Shown: positions 37,566-47,264 of the stretch, piece by piece
Layout: every line of letters begins with the position of its first letter
Numbering within the stretch: the stretch's first letter is position 1
Assembly: GCA_946500425.1 (NCBI GenBank)
Contig: CAMMVQ010000002.1
Span: 5,718-69,717, forward strand
Length of the DNA stretch: 64,000 nucleotides
Origin: an uncultured Mollicutes bacterium
GTDB lineage: Bacteria > Bacillota_I > Bacilli_A > RF39 > UBA660
Reading direction: 5' to 3'
Program-made: the position numbers and the translations under genes
Notes under the pieces: generated by a model
What the model saw: the letters and a program-made list of their open reading frames with translations, nothing else
Told to the model about the DNA's origin: nothing
Database searches by the model: none

Positions 37566-39011
37566 CTATAAGAACAACATACCTAACGTTAATATTATAA
37601 CGTTCACAATTGCTATTGTTATTACAACCTTAAGAGCCCATTTAAACCAAGTTGGGTACTCTACTTTTGCAACCGCAAGACCTCCCATAATCGCACCACA
37701 AGTAGGTGTAATTAAGTTTACTAACCCATTAGCGGCAACCTCCGTCATGACGGCAGTTTCAACGCTATAACCAAGTTGTGATGCAAGTGGACCAACGATT
37801 GGCGTTGATAACGTAACTAATCCTGAACTTGACGGAACGAGAATTGATAATACCACGTGTAAGCCGTAATTAAGTGGTGCAAACACGTAATTTGGAACGT
37901 CCTTTAATAGTTCAGCAGCATTATAAATTATGTAATTATCTAGGTGTGTAGTTTGCATTAACACTGATGCACCACGAGCTATCGCAATGATTAAAATAAC
38001 ACCAACCATATCATCAGCTCCATCAATGAACGTATCAACAAAACTATTTTCACTGGTACGGTTAACGATACCAATTATAATCGCCATGATAAGGAACCAT
38101 AAAGCAGCTTCATTAAAGTACCAACCACCAAGTGGAGAACCAGTAAGCCAACCGGTAAACTTATCAAAAATGGTAATTCCAAACTCGCCCCATGGAATGA
38201 AACCAACAATCATTACAACAAAGGTAAGTGCAAATAACACTAAAGTTATTTTTTGCTTCTTATTTAAAGAAACTTTACCAGTCGTACCATCATCCTTAGA
38301 ACCATACTCTAATTCCATGTTCTTTCGTTCGCGAAGCGATAAGATGGTAGAACCTTTCTTCTTGATAACTCTTTTCGCATACATCATAACGAAGAAAATT
38401 GAAATTGCTAAAGTAGTTAACCATAAAGCAACACCAAGCCCAATTATGATTCCCTGGTTAACTTCTATCCCGTCAGGCAAAGCACTTACTGCCGCTCCTA
38501 CCGCGAATGGGTTTATGGTAGAACCTAAAACACCAGAGCCAGCTCCCAATAAAACTACCGCTGAGGCAACCACCGTATCCATTCCTGCCATAACCATGGT
38601 GGCGGCAAGTAAAGCATAAAAACCAACCGTTTCTTCTAGCATTCCATAAGTAGTACCACCAACCGAGAAAATAAACATTAAAATTGGAATTAATATTAAT
38701 TCTTTTCCCTTTAATTTTCTAACTAATACTTGAATACCAGTTTCAAGTGCGTTAGTTTTCGCAACTATCTTTAGAAATCCTCCTAAAATAAGTACGAATA
38801 TACAAACGTCAATTGCGTTTGCGAATCCTAGTATTGGTGAAAGTAATATTTCTGATAACTTAGCACCAACAACCCCACTTCCGTTTACTATTACTCCGTC
38901 TTCAAACTTTGCAACGGGTAATAAATGTGATAATAACCCCAAGGCAAAGATTAAAATGAAAATAATAGAAAACGCGGTTAAAAACCCTTTTTTCTTTCTT
39001 TGTTTTGACAC
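37566..39011 (-). CDS. arcD: YfcC/DcuC-family transporter (ArcD-type putative arginine/ornithine antiporter)
   Basis: 481 aa with about 12 TM. Positioned immediately after arcC. GTG start after AGGAGGAG. Confidence 0.75.
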   Translation of the reverse strand: MSKQRKKKGFLTAFSIIFILIFALGLLSHLLPVAKFEDGVIVNGSGVVGAKLSEILLSPILGFANAIDVCIFVLILGGFLKIVAKTNALETGIQVLVRKLKGKELILIPILMFIFSVGGTTYGMLEETVGFYALLAATMVMAGMDTVVASAVVLLGAGSGVLGSTINPFAVGAAVSALPDGIEVNQGIIIGLGVALWLTTLAISIFFVMMYAKRVIKKKGSTILSLRERKNMELEYGSKDDGTTGKVSLNKKQKITLVLFALTFVVMIVGFIPWGEFGITIFDKFTGWLTGSPLGGWYFNEAALWFLIMAIIIGIVNRTSENSFVDTFIDGADDMVGVILIIAIARGASVLMQTTHLDNYIIYNAAELLKDVPNYVFAPLNYGLHVVLSILVPSSSGLVTLSTPIVGPLASQLGYSVETAVMTEVAANGLVNLITPTCGAIMGGLAVAKVEYPTWFKWALKVVITIAIVNVIILTLGMLFL

Positions 39012-39953
39012 CTATACTCCTCCTTTTACAATAACAGTTCCGGTTTTTCCCGCTAAAGCTTTTTCGGCATTATTAAGCGACGTGATAATCGCTTGACCAC
39101 CTCTTTTATGCTTTACGTATTCCAAACAAGCCTCTACTTTTGGCTTCATGCTACCTTCCTTAAATTCGCCATTTTTCAAATAAGCTTCTGCTTGTTTAAC
39201 ATTAATTAAGTCCAAATCAATTTCGCTTGGTGTCCCGAAATTAATTTTAACTTTATCCACGGTTGTTAAAATAAGAAACAAGTCAGCTTTAAGCTCAATG
39301 GCTAACCTAGCACTGGTTTTATCTTTATCAATAACGGCATCGACCCCGGTTAAAACCTTTTTATTTTTAACTACCGGAATACCACCGCCCCCTGCTGCTA
39401 TAACAATACTATGCGTGTTTAAAAGCTTATGGATAATCTTAAGTTCAATGATTTTTAAAGGCTCTGGTGAAGCAACTACCCTTCGGTATCCTCTTCCCGC
39501 ATCTTCTTTAAAAACATATCCTTTTTCCTTACTAATTTCATCGGCTTCTTTCTTAGTATAGAAATTCCCAATGGGCTTAGTAGGATTCTTAAAAGCTTTA
39601 TCCTTAGCGTCAACCAGTACCTGGGTTAAAATGGTAACACACTGCTTTCTTTTGTTTCTATTATTAAGCTCTTGCTGAAGCGCTTGCTGCAAATGATAAC
39701 CAATGTATCCTTGGCTCATCGCACCACACTCTGCAAAAGGCATGTCTGGTGTGTTTTCGTTTTCATGGCCACTTTCCATTGCCAAATTAATGATACCTAC
39801 TTGAGGCCCATTGCCATGAGTAACCACGATGTCATAACCATCATCTGATAAATTAACAATTATTTTGGCTACTTTTCTTACTCTTTCAATTTGCTCTTCC
39901 GGTGTATTACCAAGCGCGTTTCCCCCAAGAGCAATTACTATTTTCTTTCTCAT
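39012..39953 (-). CDS. arcC: Carbamate kinase
   Basis: [10 protein letters not shown]...THGNGPQVG...AAGGGGIPV. Confidence 0.95.
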   Translation of the reverse strand: MRKKIVIALGGNALGNTPEEQIERVRKVAKIIVNLSDDGYDIVVTHGNGPQVGIINLAMESGHENENTPDMPFAECGAMSQGYIGYHLQQALQQELNNRNKRKQCVTILTQVLVDAKDKAFKNPTKPIGNFYTKKEADEISKEKGYVFKEDAGRGYRRVVASPEPLKIIELKIIHKLLNTHSIVIAAGGGGIPVVKNKKVLTGVDAVIDKDKTSARLAIELKADLFLILTTVDKVKINFGTPSEIDLDLINVKQAEAYLKNGEFKEGSMKPKVEACLEYVKHKRGGQAIITSLNNAEKALAGKTGTVIVKGGV

Positions 39954-40939
39954 TTCTTAAGGGTTACATACATAACCGTTTTAATGGTATGAAGTCTGTT
40001 TTCGGCCTGGTCCATTACTTTTGATGCACTACTTTCAAATACTTCATCAGTAACTTCCATTTCCTTAAGACCGAAACGGTCATATATTTCCTTTCCTATC
40101 GTCGTGTTTGTATCATGAAATGATGGTAAACAATGTAAGAAAATCGCATTTTCATTAGCCATGTTCATTACTTTTTTATTAACTTGATAAGGGGATAATA
40201 ATTTAATTCTTTGCTCCCATAAATTCGGGTCCTCTCCCATTGAGACCCAAACGTCAGTATATATTACGTCAGCGGCTTTAGCACCTTCGCTAACATCCTC
40301 AGTTAAAGTGATTGAAGAGCTATTCTTACTTGCTATTTTTTTACAAGTTTCAACTAACTCATTATCTGGAAAAAGTTCTTTGGGCGCACAACAAGTAAAG
40401 TTTATACCCAACTTTGAACAAATAACCATTAAAGAGCGAGCAACGTTGTTTCTAGCATCCCCAAAAAAAGTTAACTTTTTTCCCGATGTAGTTCCAAAAT
40501 TTTCTTGAATGGTCATGACGTCTGCTAACATCTGTGTTGGATGAAACTCGTTTGTAAGACCATTCCATACTGGTACGGACGAATACTCGGCAAGTTCTTC
40601 AACAACTTTTTGGTCAAATCCGCGATACTCTATTCCGTCATACATCCTTGATAAAACTCTCGCGGTGTCTTTGATGCTTTCTTTTTTACCCATTTGTGAG
40701 CCGGTAGGGCCTAAGTAAGTTACTCCCATTCCTAAGTCTTTGGCACCCACTTCAAATGCACACCGAGTTCTCGTTGAATCCTTTTCAAATAATAAAACTA
40801 CGTTTTTACCAGGAAGATAACGATGAGGTTCTCCTTTTTGCTTCATTTCTTTAAATCTACGTGACAATCTAAGTAATTCTAATATTTCTTCTTTAGAATA
40901 ATCTAACAATTTTAAGAAATCTCTTTGATAAAAGTTCAT
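39950..40939 (-). CDS. arcB: Ornithine carbamoyltransferase (catabolic)
   Basis: [17 protein letters not shown] motifs. Start set at MNFYQRDFL (SD GAGAGGA). Confidence 0.95.
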   Translation of the reverse strand: MNFYQRDFLKLLDYSKEEILELLRLSRRFKEMKQKGEPHRYLPGKNVVLLFEKDSTRTRCAFEVGAKDLGMGVTYLGPTGSQMGKKESIKDTARVLSRMYDGIEYRGFDQKVVEELAEYSSVPVWNGLTNEFHPTQMLADVMTIQENFGTTSGKKLTFFGDARNNVARSLMVICSKLGINFTCCAPKELFPDNELVETCKKIASKNSSSITLTEDVSEGAKAADVIYTDVWVSMGEDPNLWEQRIKLLSPYQVNKKVMNMANENAIFLHCLPSFHDTNTTIGKEIYDRFGLKEMEVTDEVFESSASKVMDQAENRLHTIKTVMYVTLKK

Positions 40940-40940
40940 C

Positions 40941-42182
40941 TTAATCCTCTCTTTCAAGTGGCATGCTCATGCACCTTGGTCCACCCCGACCACGCGATAA
41001 TTCAGCACCATGAAGCTCTAATACCTTTAATCCTTTTTCTCTTAAAGTCTGGTTAGTAACTTCGTTACGGTCATAAACGATTACTACTCCTGGTGCAATG
41101 CACAAAGTATTTGAAGCGTCATTCCACTGTTCACGCTCCGATGCTACTTTATCAGCCCCGGCGCATGGTACTAAGGTTATGTCACGGCCTAAGTATCTTT
41201 CTAATATGTTCTCTAAAGAATCATTTATTTCTCTTACGTTTAAATCCTCGTCGCTTTCCGGAATATCACCCTCGGTAATTTCAAACACCTGAAGCGTTTC
41301 CATAATTCCTGGATGATAAGTAAATTTATCATAATCAATTTGGGTAAATACCGTATCAAGGTGCATAAAAGCTCGGCTTACTGGTATGTTAAACGCAAGT
41401 ACGGTATCAATCCTACATTCTGGGTCCTTAAATAAATTTTTAGCTAACTGGTCAATTGCCGCCGCCGTTGTTCTTTGAGAAATACCAACCGCAAGAACGT
41501 GTTCGTTTAAGTTTAGAACATCACCACCCTCAATGTGATGTGGTAAATAACGGTCATAATACTTAGGAACTTGGTTCTTATAATCAGGATGATAGTTAAA
41601 AATGTATTCAGCATAAATTGTCTCCCTATTTCTTGTTTCAGAAAACATCTTATTAAGTGAAATACCATTACCAATACTAGCAAAATTATCCCTTGTAAAA
41701 TAAAGGTTAGGCATTGGCTCAGCAAGGAAGTCAGATTCTTCCGAAACTAAGTCTACTAAAGACTTTTCTACGTTTCTTTTTTGTCTATCAATCTCAAATA
41801 TTTGAATACCTTCCATCGTTTTTAGAACCAATTCTTTATTATCACGGTAGCTATTTAAGTAATCAAATACTAAATTTTTATATTTAGGAGTTCTAATCCC
41901 TGCTTCATAAATAAATTGCCTTATAAATTTTTCTCTTATTCTTTCATCTTGATTCAGAGTTTCAGCCATAAGGTCCTCTAGGTAAACTACTTCTACTCCG
42001 TTTTCCCTTAATATGTGTACGAACTCATCATGTTCTTTTTGTGCGTCAGGAAGATATGGAATATCATCAAAAAGTAATCTTCCTAAAGTGTCTGGAGTTA
42101 AGTTTAATAACTCTTTTCCTGGTCGGTGAACAAGCACCTTTTTAAGTGGTTTAATCTCACTTGTAACGTTAATTCTACTCAT
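40941..42182 (-). CDS. arcA: Arginine deiminase
   Basis: [17 protein letters not shown]..., MHLDTVFT, and C-terminal [10 protein letters not shown] containing the catalytic Cys. Confidence 0.96.
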   Translation of the reverse strand: MSRINVTSEIKPLKKVLVHRPGKELLNLTPDTLGRLLFDDIPYLPDAQKEHDEFVHILRENGVEVVYLEDLMAETLNQDERIREKFIRQFIYEAGIRTPKYKNLVFDYLNSYRDNKELVLKTMEGIQIFEIDRQKRNVEKSLVDLVSEESDFLAEPMPNLYFTRDNFASIGNGISLNKMFSETRNRETIYAEYIFNYHPDYKNQVPKYYDRYLPHHIEGGDVLNLNEHVLAVGISQRTTAAAIDQLAKNLFKDPECRIDTVLAFNIPVSRAFMHLDTVFTQIDYDKFTYHPGIMETLQVFEITEGDIPESDEDLNVREINDSLENILERYLGRDITLVPCAGADKVASEREQWNDASNTLCIAPGVVIVYDRNEVTNQTLREKGLKVLELHGAELSRGRGGPRCMSMPLERED

Positions 42183-42202
42183 TTATATTCTCCCTTCTTA
42201 TC

Positions 42203-42925
42203 CTAAACTTTTTTAATCTTTCCTAAAAAAGTTTGTAATCTTTCTGTTTTTGGATGATTAAATATTTCATCCGGTGCTCCATCTTCTATTATTTTACCTT
42301 CATTCATAAAAATTACTCTGGTCGCAAATTCTTTGGCAAAACCAAGTTCATGAGTAACAACAATCATTGTCATTCCGGTTTTTGCAACTTCTTTCATAAG
42401 CTCTAAAACTTCTTCTATCATCTCGGCATCTAAGGCTGAGGTTGGCTCATCAAAAAGCAAAACATCGGGATTCATAATCAAAGCTCTTATGATTGCAACA
42501 CGTTGCTTCTGACCTCCAGATAAATCACTTGGATAAACGTTAGCTTTTTCTTTTAAATGAATTTTATCTAAAAGCTCCATAGCTTTTTTCTTAGCAATTC
42601 TCTTATCAAATAATTTATTTTTTATCGGCGCTAAAGTAATGTTTTGTAACACTGTCTGGTTTTCAAATAAATTAAAACTTTGAAAAACCATGCCACACTT
42701 CTTTAAAGTTTCTCTTCCGTCTTTTTTGCTAATATCTTTATTCTCAAAATATACCTTTCCTTTAGTTACTGTTTCTAAACCGTTAAGACACCTTAGAAAG
42801 GTAGATTTTCCGCTTCCGGAAGGACCTATTATAACGATTCTTTCGCCCTTATTAATTTCCAAATTGATGTTTTTTAAAACTTTAACTTCATCAAAGTTTT
42901 TATATAATCCAACAACTTTAAACAT
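42203..42925 (-). CDS. Polar amino acid ABC transporter, ATP-binding protein
   Basis: [35 protein letters not shown]. Confidence 0.93.
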   Translation of the reverse strand: MFKVVGLYKNFDEVKVLKNINLEINKGERIVIIGPSGSGKSTFLRCLNGLETVTKGKVYFENKDISKKDGRETLKKCGMVFQSFNLFENQTVLQNITLAPIKNKLFDKRIAKKKAMELLDKIHLKEKANVYPSDLSGGQKQRVAIIRALIMNPDVLLFDEPTSALDAEMIEEVLELMKEVAKTGMTMIVVTHELGFAKEFATRVIFMNEGKIIEDGAPDEIFNHPKTERLQTFLGKIKKV

Positions 42926-43616
42926 AACGTTTCATCCTCCTTTCAACCTTCTTCATGATAGTTGATAAAAGGAACGTTAAGAAAAGATATATTACCGCTG
43001 AAATAATAAGTGGAAAAAAGTAATCATACGTCCTTGATGAAACAATGTCAGATGCTTTAATAAGTTCAACAATACCTATATATCCCGCGATAGAAGTCTC
43101 TTTTAAAAGCGTAATAGCTTCATTTCCTAAAGCCGGAAACACCTTTTGAATGGCCTGTGGAAAAATAACCGACTTCATCATTTGAAAATAACTTAATCCC
43201 AAAGTTTTAGCAGCTTCTCTTTGACCATCTCCAACCGAGTCAAAACCTGCTCTTATAATTTCTGCAACATACGCTCCAGAGTTTATACCAAAAGTTAAAA
43301 TGCCAACAATTACCACGTTAATATTAATGCTTTTAAACACCACGTAATACAAAATCATTAACTGAAGAAGCGTTGGTGTTCCTCTTATTATATAAACGTA
43401 GATATCCGCTATTTTTTTTAGTAACAATAGCCTTTTATGCTCTTTGTTATAATCTCGAATTAGCGCGACGATAGCACCTATTATAACTCCTAATAGTGCT
43501 GAAAATAGTGCTATTATAATGGTGTATTTTAAACCATCTAAAAAATATAAATACCTGTCATCATAAATAAAACTTTGATAGAACTTATCTCCGATACTAT
43601 TTAAAAAATCTGCCAT
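42918..43616 (-). CDS. Polar amino acid ABC transporter permease
   Basis: HisM/GlnP-type. EAA-like loop [22 protein letters not shown]. Confidence 0.9.
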   Translation of the reverse strand: MADFLNSIGDKFYQSFIYDDRYLYFLDGLKYTIIIALFSALLGVIIGAIVALIRDYNKEHKRLLLLKKIADIYVYIIRGTPTLLQLMILYYVVFKSININVVIVGILTFGINSGAYVAEIIRAGFDSVGDGQREAAKTLGLSYFQMMKSVIFPQAIQKVFPALGNEAITLLKETSIAGYIGIVELIKASDIVSSRTYDYFFPLIISAVIYLFLTFLLSTIMKKVERRMKRYV

Positions 43617-43624
43617 AAGAACTC

Positions 43625-44344
43625 CTATTTTGAATATTTAATAACGTACTCATTAATCTTGCCTTCATCTATTAAACGCCTTAAAACTTCATTTATCTTA
43701 TCAAGCAACGCTTTATTTCCTTTCTTGACAATCATTCCATACTTATCTTGAAATAAAACACCATCTAAAATACGTAAATCACCGTTTTCTTTTACTAGTT
43801 CTTTAGCGGGTAAAGAATCCATTATAATGCAGTCCGCCTTACCACTTTTAACCTCTTGAGCCGCCGTTAAATATTTTTTATGTTTAACAACGCTGGCTTC
43901 CTTATAATTATCTTCAGCATATTGGTCTGCTACGGTTCCAAGTTGTACTGCTATAGTCTTATTTTTAATGTCATCAAAACTTTTAATGCTACTATCATTT
44001 CTAACTATTACAACCTGATCTGATACCGCGTACTCAATCGTAAAATCAACTTCCTTTTGTCTTTCGGGAGTAATACTCATACCTGCCGCTCCAAAATCAG
44101 CTTTACCACTTTTAACTTCATTTATGACAAAGTCAAAAGCAACATCTTTTATCTCTAGTTTTTTACCCATCGCCTTAGCAATTTCTTTTGCTATTTCAAC
44201 GTCTACCCCAACGATTTCTCCGCCTTCATAATATTCATAAGGAGCAAACCCAGCCTCGGTTGCCATTACCAAAACATCATCATTTTTACCACTACAACCA
44301 GTTAATAATAAAAAACTTATACAAAGTAAAATAATCTTACGCAA
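43625..44344 (-). CDS. Amino acid ABC transporter substrate-binding lipoprotein
   Basis: Lipobox LLLTGCSG; SBP_bac_3-like body. TTG start after AGGGGTGA. Confidence 0.9.
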   Translation of the reverse strand: MRKIILLCISFLLLTGCSGKNDDVLVMATEAGFAPYEYYEGGEIVGVDVEIAKEIAKAMGKKLEIKDVAFDFVINEVKSGKADFGAAGMSITPERQKEVDFTIEYAVSDQVVIVRNDSSIKSFDDIKNKTIAVQLGTVADQYAEDNYKEASVVKHKKYLTAAQEVKSGKADCIIMDSLPAKELVKENGDLRILDGVLFQDKYGMIVKKGNKALLDKINEVLRRLIDEGKINEYVIKYSK

Positions 44345-44398
44345 TCTACATCACCCCTATTATTAATACTATTATAACATCATTTGACTAAATTTCGA

Positions 44399-44427
44399 CA
44401 AAAAAAAGCAAACATTACGTTTGCTTT
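44399..44427 (-). terminator. Intrinsic terminator after the TasA-like gene
   Basis: AAGCAAAC-ATTAC-GTTTGCTT followed by a T8 run on the minus strand. Confidence 0.7.
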
Positions 44428-44431
44428 ACTA

Positions 44432-45202
44432 TTATCCCAAACCTCCGCCACTTGTTGCAAATATATATCGGAAATTATTTATTATAGCATCTCCCGGCGA
44501 AACTATCATATAATCTGGCGTAGCAACATTCTCACCAAAACTATTTCTAATACTTTGACCATCAACAATAAGTTTTGCCGTATTAAAGGAAGAATTTACC
44601 CACTCACCCCAGGTCATATTTTCGTATGCTTGATAACTAACCCCAGCAATCATAAAACTTATTAATTTTTTTTCAGTGGTTACAGTTGTGGTCGATCTAT
44701 TATTAGCATCTTGTTCATATGTTATCGTTATTGTAAAATTAGCTGTTGCACTTGTTGTAGTTGATGCTTCATCCCATGTTACTCTTATTTTCATTTTCTT
44801 CTCTTGATTAGAGCCTAGTATCTCATCTTGTTCTATCCCACTATACGTTATTTTTATATCTGGATTATCTAATCCTTGAGTCTCTATTCCGGTTAGTACC
44901 GCGTTTAACTCTCCTTCATTTTTTATCGTCACGTCAAACTCTGCATAACTTGTTGGATACTCCAAATGAGGTACACTTATTTCTAGCTCTTTTCCCTCTT
45001 TTACTATGTTCGCAGTAGCATTACTACTTCCCTTCTCGGTTATCCCATTTACCTTACTAAAGATAATACTAAAATCACTACTTCCTGTTGAAGCTGTTCC
45101 ACCTATGTTTAAACTTTCACTAAACGCTGCATATCCTACCATTAATGATAACACTAATGCTAATAGGCCTACTATTACTTTCTTTTGTCTTATTAACTTC
45201 AT
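44432..45202 (-). CDS. Secreted beta-rich protein with a TasA/camelysin/BsaA-type (SipW-cognate-like) N-terminal signal
   Basis: N-terminus MKLIRQKKVIVGLLALVLSLMVGYAAFSESLNIGGTA resembles the ...AYFSD... SipW-class signal. The body is Ser/Thr-rich with beta-like periodicity. Confidence 0.5.
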   Translation of the reverse strand: MKLIRQKKVIVGLLALVLSLMVGYAAFSESLNIGGTASTGSSDFSIIFSKVNGITEKGSSNATANIVKEGKELEISVPHLEYPTSYAEFDVTIKNEGELNAVLTGIETQGLDNPDIKITYSGIEQDEILGSNQEKKMKIRVTWDEASTTTSATANFTITITYEQDANNRSTTTVTTEKKLISFMIAGVSYQAYENMTWGEWVNSSFNTAKLIVDGQSIRNSFGENVATPDYMIVSPGDAIINNFRYIFATSGGGLG

Positions 45203-45346
45203 CTATTATCAACGCTCCTTATTATCTTTAGTCTTTCGTTTTAACATTATAATATGTATTTCAATATTTTTTAACGCACTTATATTACCCCCCGGGTCAA
45301 GCTTATGAAATCTTGTGGAAAACCAAAATGTAAAGAGTTTTTTCTA

Positions 45347-45375
45347 TTGATATTTTAACCATTTTGGGATATAAT
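45347..45375 (+). promoter_or_regulatory. Near-consensus sigma-A promoter with no protein gene downstream
   Basis: TTGATA (45347-45352), 17-nt spacer, TATAAT (45370-45375). Confidence 0.6.
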
Positions 45376-45381
45376 TTATTT

Positions 45382-45468
45382 AGAGAGGACAACTTACTAG
45401 TTGTTTTCCAATAATTGTTTAATTGAAAAGCAGAGCTAGTTTTTAACAACTAACTCTGTTTTTCTTTT
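45382..45468 (+). ncRNA. Candidate small RNA (about 87 nt) bounded by a promoter and an intrinsic terminator
   Basis: 5' hairpin ACAACT-TACT-AGTTGT (45389-45404). Terminator CAGAGCTAGTT/AACTAACTCTG (45431-45458, one mismatch) followed by TTTTTCTTTT. No credible ORF. Family not recognised. Confidence 0.45.
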
Positions 45469-45556
45469 AATAATTAGCAATAACTATTAAAGCTATTACT
45501 AGCACTAAAAGGATAATCATTTTGATATTAAATTTTATTTCAAATCTAAACCTCAT
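45467..45556 (-). CDS. Candidate 29-aa hydrophobic mini-protein (type I toxin-like)
   Basis: GGATGGTGG lies 6 nt before the ATG at 45556. Sequence MRFRFEIKFNIKMIILLVLVIALIVIANY. The stop abuts the sRNA terminator hairpin. No convincing promoter was found for it. Confidence 0.3.
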   Translation of the reverse strand: MRFRFEIKFNIKMIILLVLVIALIVIANY

Positions 45557-45661
45557 AATTACCACCATCCCTTCTTATTAAAAAGAAATGGAAAACAAAG
45601 CTAGTCTTTAGTTGCCCTCATTTTAATTATTAGCTACCTTTATTTAAAACACTCGCTTTTA

Positions 45662-45694
45662 ACAAAAAAAGATAACTATATCACTATAGCTATC
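45662..45694 (-). terminator. Intrinsic terminator of spoIVA (stem spans the stop codon)
   Basis: GATAGCTATA-GTGA-TATAGTTATC followed by TTTTTTTGTT on the minus strand. Confidence 0.7.
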
Positions 45695-47151
45695 ATGTTA
45701 TTTGAGCCTTTATTAACTACCTTAGTTAAAGTTGTTTGAAGTTTATGTCTTATGTTATCTGGCATAATTGATAACTTACCCCTAATTCCTTCTTGTACGA
45801 TAACATCTAAACTTCTTCCAAATATTTCGCTTTTCCATACACTGTCAGGATCACTATCATAATTTTTCATCAAATGATCTATTAACTCTTTACTTTGAGT
45901 TTCTGAACCTATAATTGGCTCAAAAGTTGATTCAACATCTACCCTAACCATGTGAATGGAAGGTGCTACAGCCTTTAGCCTAACGCCATATCTAGAACCT
46001 TGTTTTATAATTTCTGGAGTATCAAGTTTCATGTCTTTAAGCGTTGGGAAAGACGTACCATATCCGGTTTGCTTAACCATTTTCAAAGCATCTTTAAACT
46101 GACCATACTCTTCTTTTGTTTCGTTAAATTCTTGAAATAATGCTAAAAGTTTTGCTTTAGAATTTATTTCGGTACCTATTATTTCGTTTAGTACTTCATT
46201 ATACAAGCCTTGCGGTGCTTCTAAGTTTATTGTAACTTCACCAGTTGCGGTATTAACTTCAGAAAGATAAGCCTTACTTATGTGTTCACAGCCTTGAAAG
46301 TGTCCAATAATAGTATCAATATCTCTTACTTTATCTACGTCTACAACGCTTTCTTTTATTTTATCAACGTACTCTTTTTTTAGTGGATGTTTATGTGATA
46401 AGCAAGCTATCCAATCTGGCATGTTAACGTTTACACTTAATACCGGAAACTCAAATAAAGCTTCTTTTAAAATGTTATAGATTTCTTTTTCATTTAAATT
46501 CTCAACACTTACCGGAATAACTGGTATTTTATGTTCTTCTCTTAAACTTTCAGCTAATCTTTCGGTATCAGGATGATTTGGGTGTACTGAGTTTAATACA
46601 ATTATAAACGGTTTACCTATTTCTTTTAATTCACTTATTACTTGATTTTCTGCGTCAACGTAATCGTTTCTTTTAAACTCCCCAATACTTCCATCAGTAG
46701 TAACAACAATTCCTATGGTAGAATGGTCCCTTATTACCTTTTCAGTACCTATTTCAGCCGCTTCAACAAATGGTATTTCTTCATCATACCACGGCGTCCT
46801 AACCATCCTAGGTCCGTTTTCATCTTCATAACCTTTAGCGGCATCAATTACGTACCCAACACAATCAATTAACCTTATGTTCGCCGTAAAATCTTCGATG
46901 TTAATGGTAGCTGCGTTAGAAGGAACAAACTTTGGTTCAATGGTCATAATGGTTTTTCCCTGAGCTGTTTGAGGTATTTCATCTAAACATCTTTTTCTTT
47001 CATATTCATCCTGAATGTTAGGAACCACTAAATTTTCAATACATTTCTTTATAAAAGTTGATTTACCAGTTCTTACCGCACCTACTACTCCTAAATATAT
47101 ATCCCCACCTGTTCTTTCGGATATGTCTTTAATAATTTCGTATTTTTCCAT
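45676..47151 (-). CDS. spoIVA: Stage IV sporulation protein A (spore coat basement-layer ATPase)
   Basis: MEKYEIIKDISERTGGDIYLGVVGAVRTGKSTFIKK. 491 aa from ATG 47151, close to the length I recall for B. subtilis SpoIVA. Confidence 0.95.
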   Translation of the reverse strand: MEKYEIIKDISERTGGDIYLGVVGAVRTGKSTFIKKCIENLVVPNIQDEYERKRCLDEIPQTAQGKTIMTIEPKFVPSNAATINIEDFTANIRLIDCVGYVIDAAKGYEDENGPRMVRTPWYDEEIPFVEAAEIGTEKVIRDHSTIGIVVTTDGSIGEFKRNDYVDAENQVISELKEIGKPFIIVLNSVHPNHPDTERLAESLREEHKIPVIPVSVENLNEKEIYNILKEALFEFPVLSVNVNMPDWIACLSHKHPLKKEYVDKIKESVVDVDKVRDIDTIIGHFQGCEHISKAYLSEVNTATGEVTINLEAPQGLYNEVLNEIIGTEINSKAKLLALFQEFNETKEEYGQFKDALKMVKQTGYGTSFPTLKDMKLDTPEIIKQGSRYGVRLKAVAPSIHMVRVDVESTFEPIIGSETQSKELIDHLMKNYDSDPDSVWKSEIFGRSLDVIVQEGIRGKLSIMPDNIRHKLQTTLTKVVNKGSNNMIAIVI

Positions 47152-47181
47152 ATAATCCCTACTTTCTTTCAATCTCATTAA

Positions 47182-47209
47182 ATACTATGACAAAAGAAAA
47201 ATAATATGA
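47182..47209 (-). promoter_or_regulatory. Possible sigma-E-type promoter of spoIVA
   Basis: On the minus strand: TCATATT (47209-47203), 13 nt, CATAGTAT (47189-47182). Compare the sigma-E consensus kmATATT ... CATACA-T. Confidence 0.4.
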
Positions 47210-47264
47210 AAAATATTTCAAAAATTAAAAAAGCAATAAGTTAATAAATCTTATTACTTTTTTA

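Noticed and set aside
45288-45304. GC-rich restriction-site-like strings in AT-rich DNA: CCCCCCGGG plus AAGCTT at 45288-45304, and CCGCGG...AGCGCT at 54515-54547. I considered a possible cloning scar or a phase-variable homopolymer.
   Set aside because: Six-base sites occur by chance in 64 kb. No vector-like sequence surrounds them. A C6 tract is too short for reliable slipped-strand switching.
45401-45439. 12-codon ORF (TTG... MFSNNCLIEKQS) inside the candidate sRNA, downstream of a GAGAGGA SD-like sequence.
   Set aside because: The SD-to-start spacing is about 11 nt, the start is TTG, and the peptide is too short to evaluate. I treat the transcript as non-coding.
45467-45556. Possibility that the 29-aa peptide downstream of spoIVA is a SpoVM homologue (MRF-FEIK versus MKFYTIK).
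   Set aside because: The similarity is limited to about 6 N-terminal residues. The rest is a fully hydrophobic TM helix, not the amphipathic helix of SpoVM. spoVM is also not linked to spoIVA in Bacillus.
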